IMG/VR virus record: IMGVR_UViG_3300046542_000616
Direction: 5' to 3' (one strand)
From: a virus
Taxonomy: Duplodnaviria > Heunggongvirae > Uroviricota > Caudoviricetes
DNA length: 32,000 nucleotides
Part shown: positions 30,831 through 32,000 of the stretch, one piece after another
Layout of the letters: the number at the start of each line of letters is the position of its first letter
Numbering within the stretch: position 1 is the stretch's first letter
The notes under the pieces: model-generated
Databases searched by the model: none
What the model was told of the DNA's origin: nothing
What the model saw: the letters and a program-made list of their open reading frames with translations, nothing else
Position numbers and translations under genes: made by a program

Positions 30831-31043
30831 TCAGGCCGCTTGTTGCACCGCTGGAGCGAACACGCTCATTTCCTTCATGACCCAGGCTGGGCAGTTACGA
30901 CTGTTTTTGAGGCCTGGCAAGGCGCTCCAGGCACGAATGTCACGCTCGGATATGATCTGGATAGATTTCGTGGAGAGAAAATCAGCTACTTTGGCTTGGG
31001 ACAGGCGGGACGCAACAACGAGTTCTTTGAATTCTGTGCACAT
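30831..31043 (-). CDS. small HTH DNA-binding protein, Cro/Xre-like (70 aa)
   Basis: LSQAKVADFLSTKSIQIISERDIRAW is a helix-turn-helix-like segment. Own consensus promoter at 31083-31110. Confidence 0.6.
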   Translation of the reverse strand: MCTEFKELVVASRLSQAKVADFLSTKSIQIISERDIRAWSALPGLKNSRNCPAWVMKEMSVFAPAVQQAA

Positions 31044-31082
31044 GTGAAGATAAACCCTGATTTTTGTTCGGTAAGGCGGCGA

Positions 31083-31110
31083 ATTCTACGGACGCGCTGA
31101 CAATTGTCAA
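31083..31110 (-). promoter_or_regulatory. sigma70-type promoter TTGACA-16-TAGAAT with palindrome TGACAATTGTCA over the -35
   Basis: -35 at 31105-31110, -10 at 31083-31088. Perfect 12-bp palindrome at 31098-31109. Confidence 0.65.
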
Positions 31111-31183
31111 CTAAATAAAGAAACCGTTCATCGACAATTAATCCTTTATTTTCAAGGCTTTCGAGCCTTGATGGTGGCACTAT

Positions 31184-31204
31184 TGGTATCGTTTTGCTAT
31201 ACTG
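31184..31204. promoter_or_regulatory. box with TATACT on plus (31198-31203) and TATAGC-N6-ATACC on minus
   Basis: Lies between divergent genes 30831-31043 (-) and 31243-31821 (+). Orientation not resolvable by eye. Confidence 0.4.
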
Positions 31205-31242
31205 TTTAAATCAAGTCATGGCTAGACGCCAAGGAATGTACA

Positions 31243-31821
31243 ATGACCGACCAAGACCAATCCTGTATCGAATGTGGCACCGCACTGCTGGAGCTCGATA
31301 AAGACCCTGATCGTCGCCAGAATGCGACCTGTGCGCGCTGCCGGGCTGAGCAGGCGCACGACTTTGATGCCGAGCCCAATGCGGTGTTCAGCCGTGCCGG
31401 TGTGCGTACCGACGTGCAGCAAGACGCAAAACCGGAGGTTGCGGATCGCCGGATTGAGCGTCTTCGCTTGCCAAGCGAGCAAAAACGCTTTGTCATCAAA
31501 GATCGAGGCGAGGCAAGCTCGTCAATGTTGGTTATGCACTCAGGTTATCTGGCAGATCTGGTCGAAGAGCTTCAGGCTCAAGGCGAGAGCAAGGCCGCGC
31601 AGGTCGTCAGTGAAATATGGGCCAAAGGTCGTGCCTATATGGATGAGCCGGAGAGCTACATCGTTGACTATCAGTGCTTGCACTGCAAGAAGTACAAGGG
31701 TCGCCATCAGGACGGGTTTTGCCCGATTCCATCGACCAGCCGGACGTTCCTGCACTACTCGAAAACCGACAAGTACGAACCCAACCTGAAGAAGCCTCAC
31801 AAGGTGCCCTTCGTCATTTGA
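31243..31821 (+). CDS. hypothetical protein with N- and C-terminal Cys clusters (192 aa)
   Basis: AAGGAA-N6-ATG. CIEC...CARC and CLHC...C. Confidence 0.75.
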   Translation: MTDQDQSCIECGTALLELDKDPDRRQNATCARCRAEQAHDFDAEPNAVFSRAGVRTDVQQDAKPEVADRRIERLRLPSEQKRFVIKDRGEASSSMLVMHSGYLADLVEELQAQGESKAAQVVSEIWAKGRAYMDEPESYIVDYQCLHCKKYKGRHQDGFCPIPSTSRTFLHYSKTDKYEPNLKKPHKVPFVI

Positions 31822-31916
31822 GTGATTGACCTGGAGCAGGCCCTCACGTGCTTGCCGCAGGGGTCGGTGCTTTGACCGAAGGTCAGGCTAGGCTGTCACC
31901 CGAAAAAGGAATCCCC

Positions 31917-32000
31917 ATGAACAAAGAACGCGCCATTCAACTGATGCACCTGCTCACCGCCAGTGTCGGTGGCACTGTTTCCGACATGAAGCTCATGACC
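31917..32000 (+). CDS. hypothetical protein, 5' end (runs off window)
   Basis: AGGAA-N5-ATG. The 28 aa MNKERAIQLMHLLTASVGGTVSDMKLMT are open to the edge. Confidence 0.45.
   Translation, partial: MNKERAIQLMHLLTASVGGTVSDMKLMT

Noticed and set aside
31174-31196. TGGCAC...TTGC resembling a sigma54 -24/-12 promoter upstream of 31243-31821.
   Set aside because: The spacing between GG and GC is wrong (not 10 nt), and no enhancer-binding-protein context is present.

Overview
This window is gene-dense: about 75 short ORFs (median ~100 aa) at mid-50s % GC by eye. It looks like the early or host-takeover region of a large virulent phage of a high-GC gammaproteobacterial (Pseudomonas-like) host. That assignment is inference; I saw no structural, replication, integrase or transposase gene. 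Most genes lie on the minus strand (334-26520) in short operons with ATGA, GTGA or TGATG start/stop overlaps. Plus-strand cassettes interrupt this block at 6870-7073, 12328-13707 and 25408-25554. A mainly plus-strand block runs from 26720 to the end, apart from the minus genes 29375-29791 and 30831-31043. A four-gene tRNA operon (28127-28565) has its own consensus promoter and terminator and encodes tRNA-Arg(UCU), tRNA-Gly(UCC), tRNA-Arg(CCU) and one aberrant 107-nt tRNA-like gene. Recognisable proteins are few: two tandem tail-anchored J-domain proteins, a minimal transglutaminase-like Cys-His-Asp protein, a DUF1778/TacA-like antitoxin fragment, a small HTH regulator, DUF2591/NinX-like and DUF3268-like phage proteins, many small zinc-ribbon proteins and several paralogue pairs. 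The strongest non-coding signal is a family of about 20 promoters with the box RG-TATACT-N6-ATACC. This is a sigma70-type -10 joined to an invariant predicted +1..+5 sequence, and together the two parts form a GGTAT-N9-ATACC inverted repeat. All domain names come from motif recognition by eye and need profile searches to confirm.
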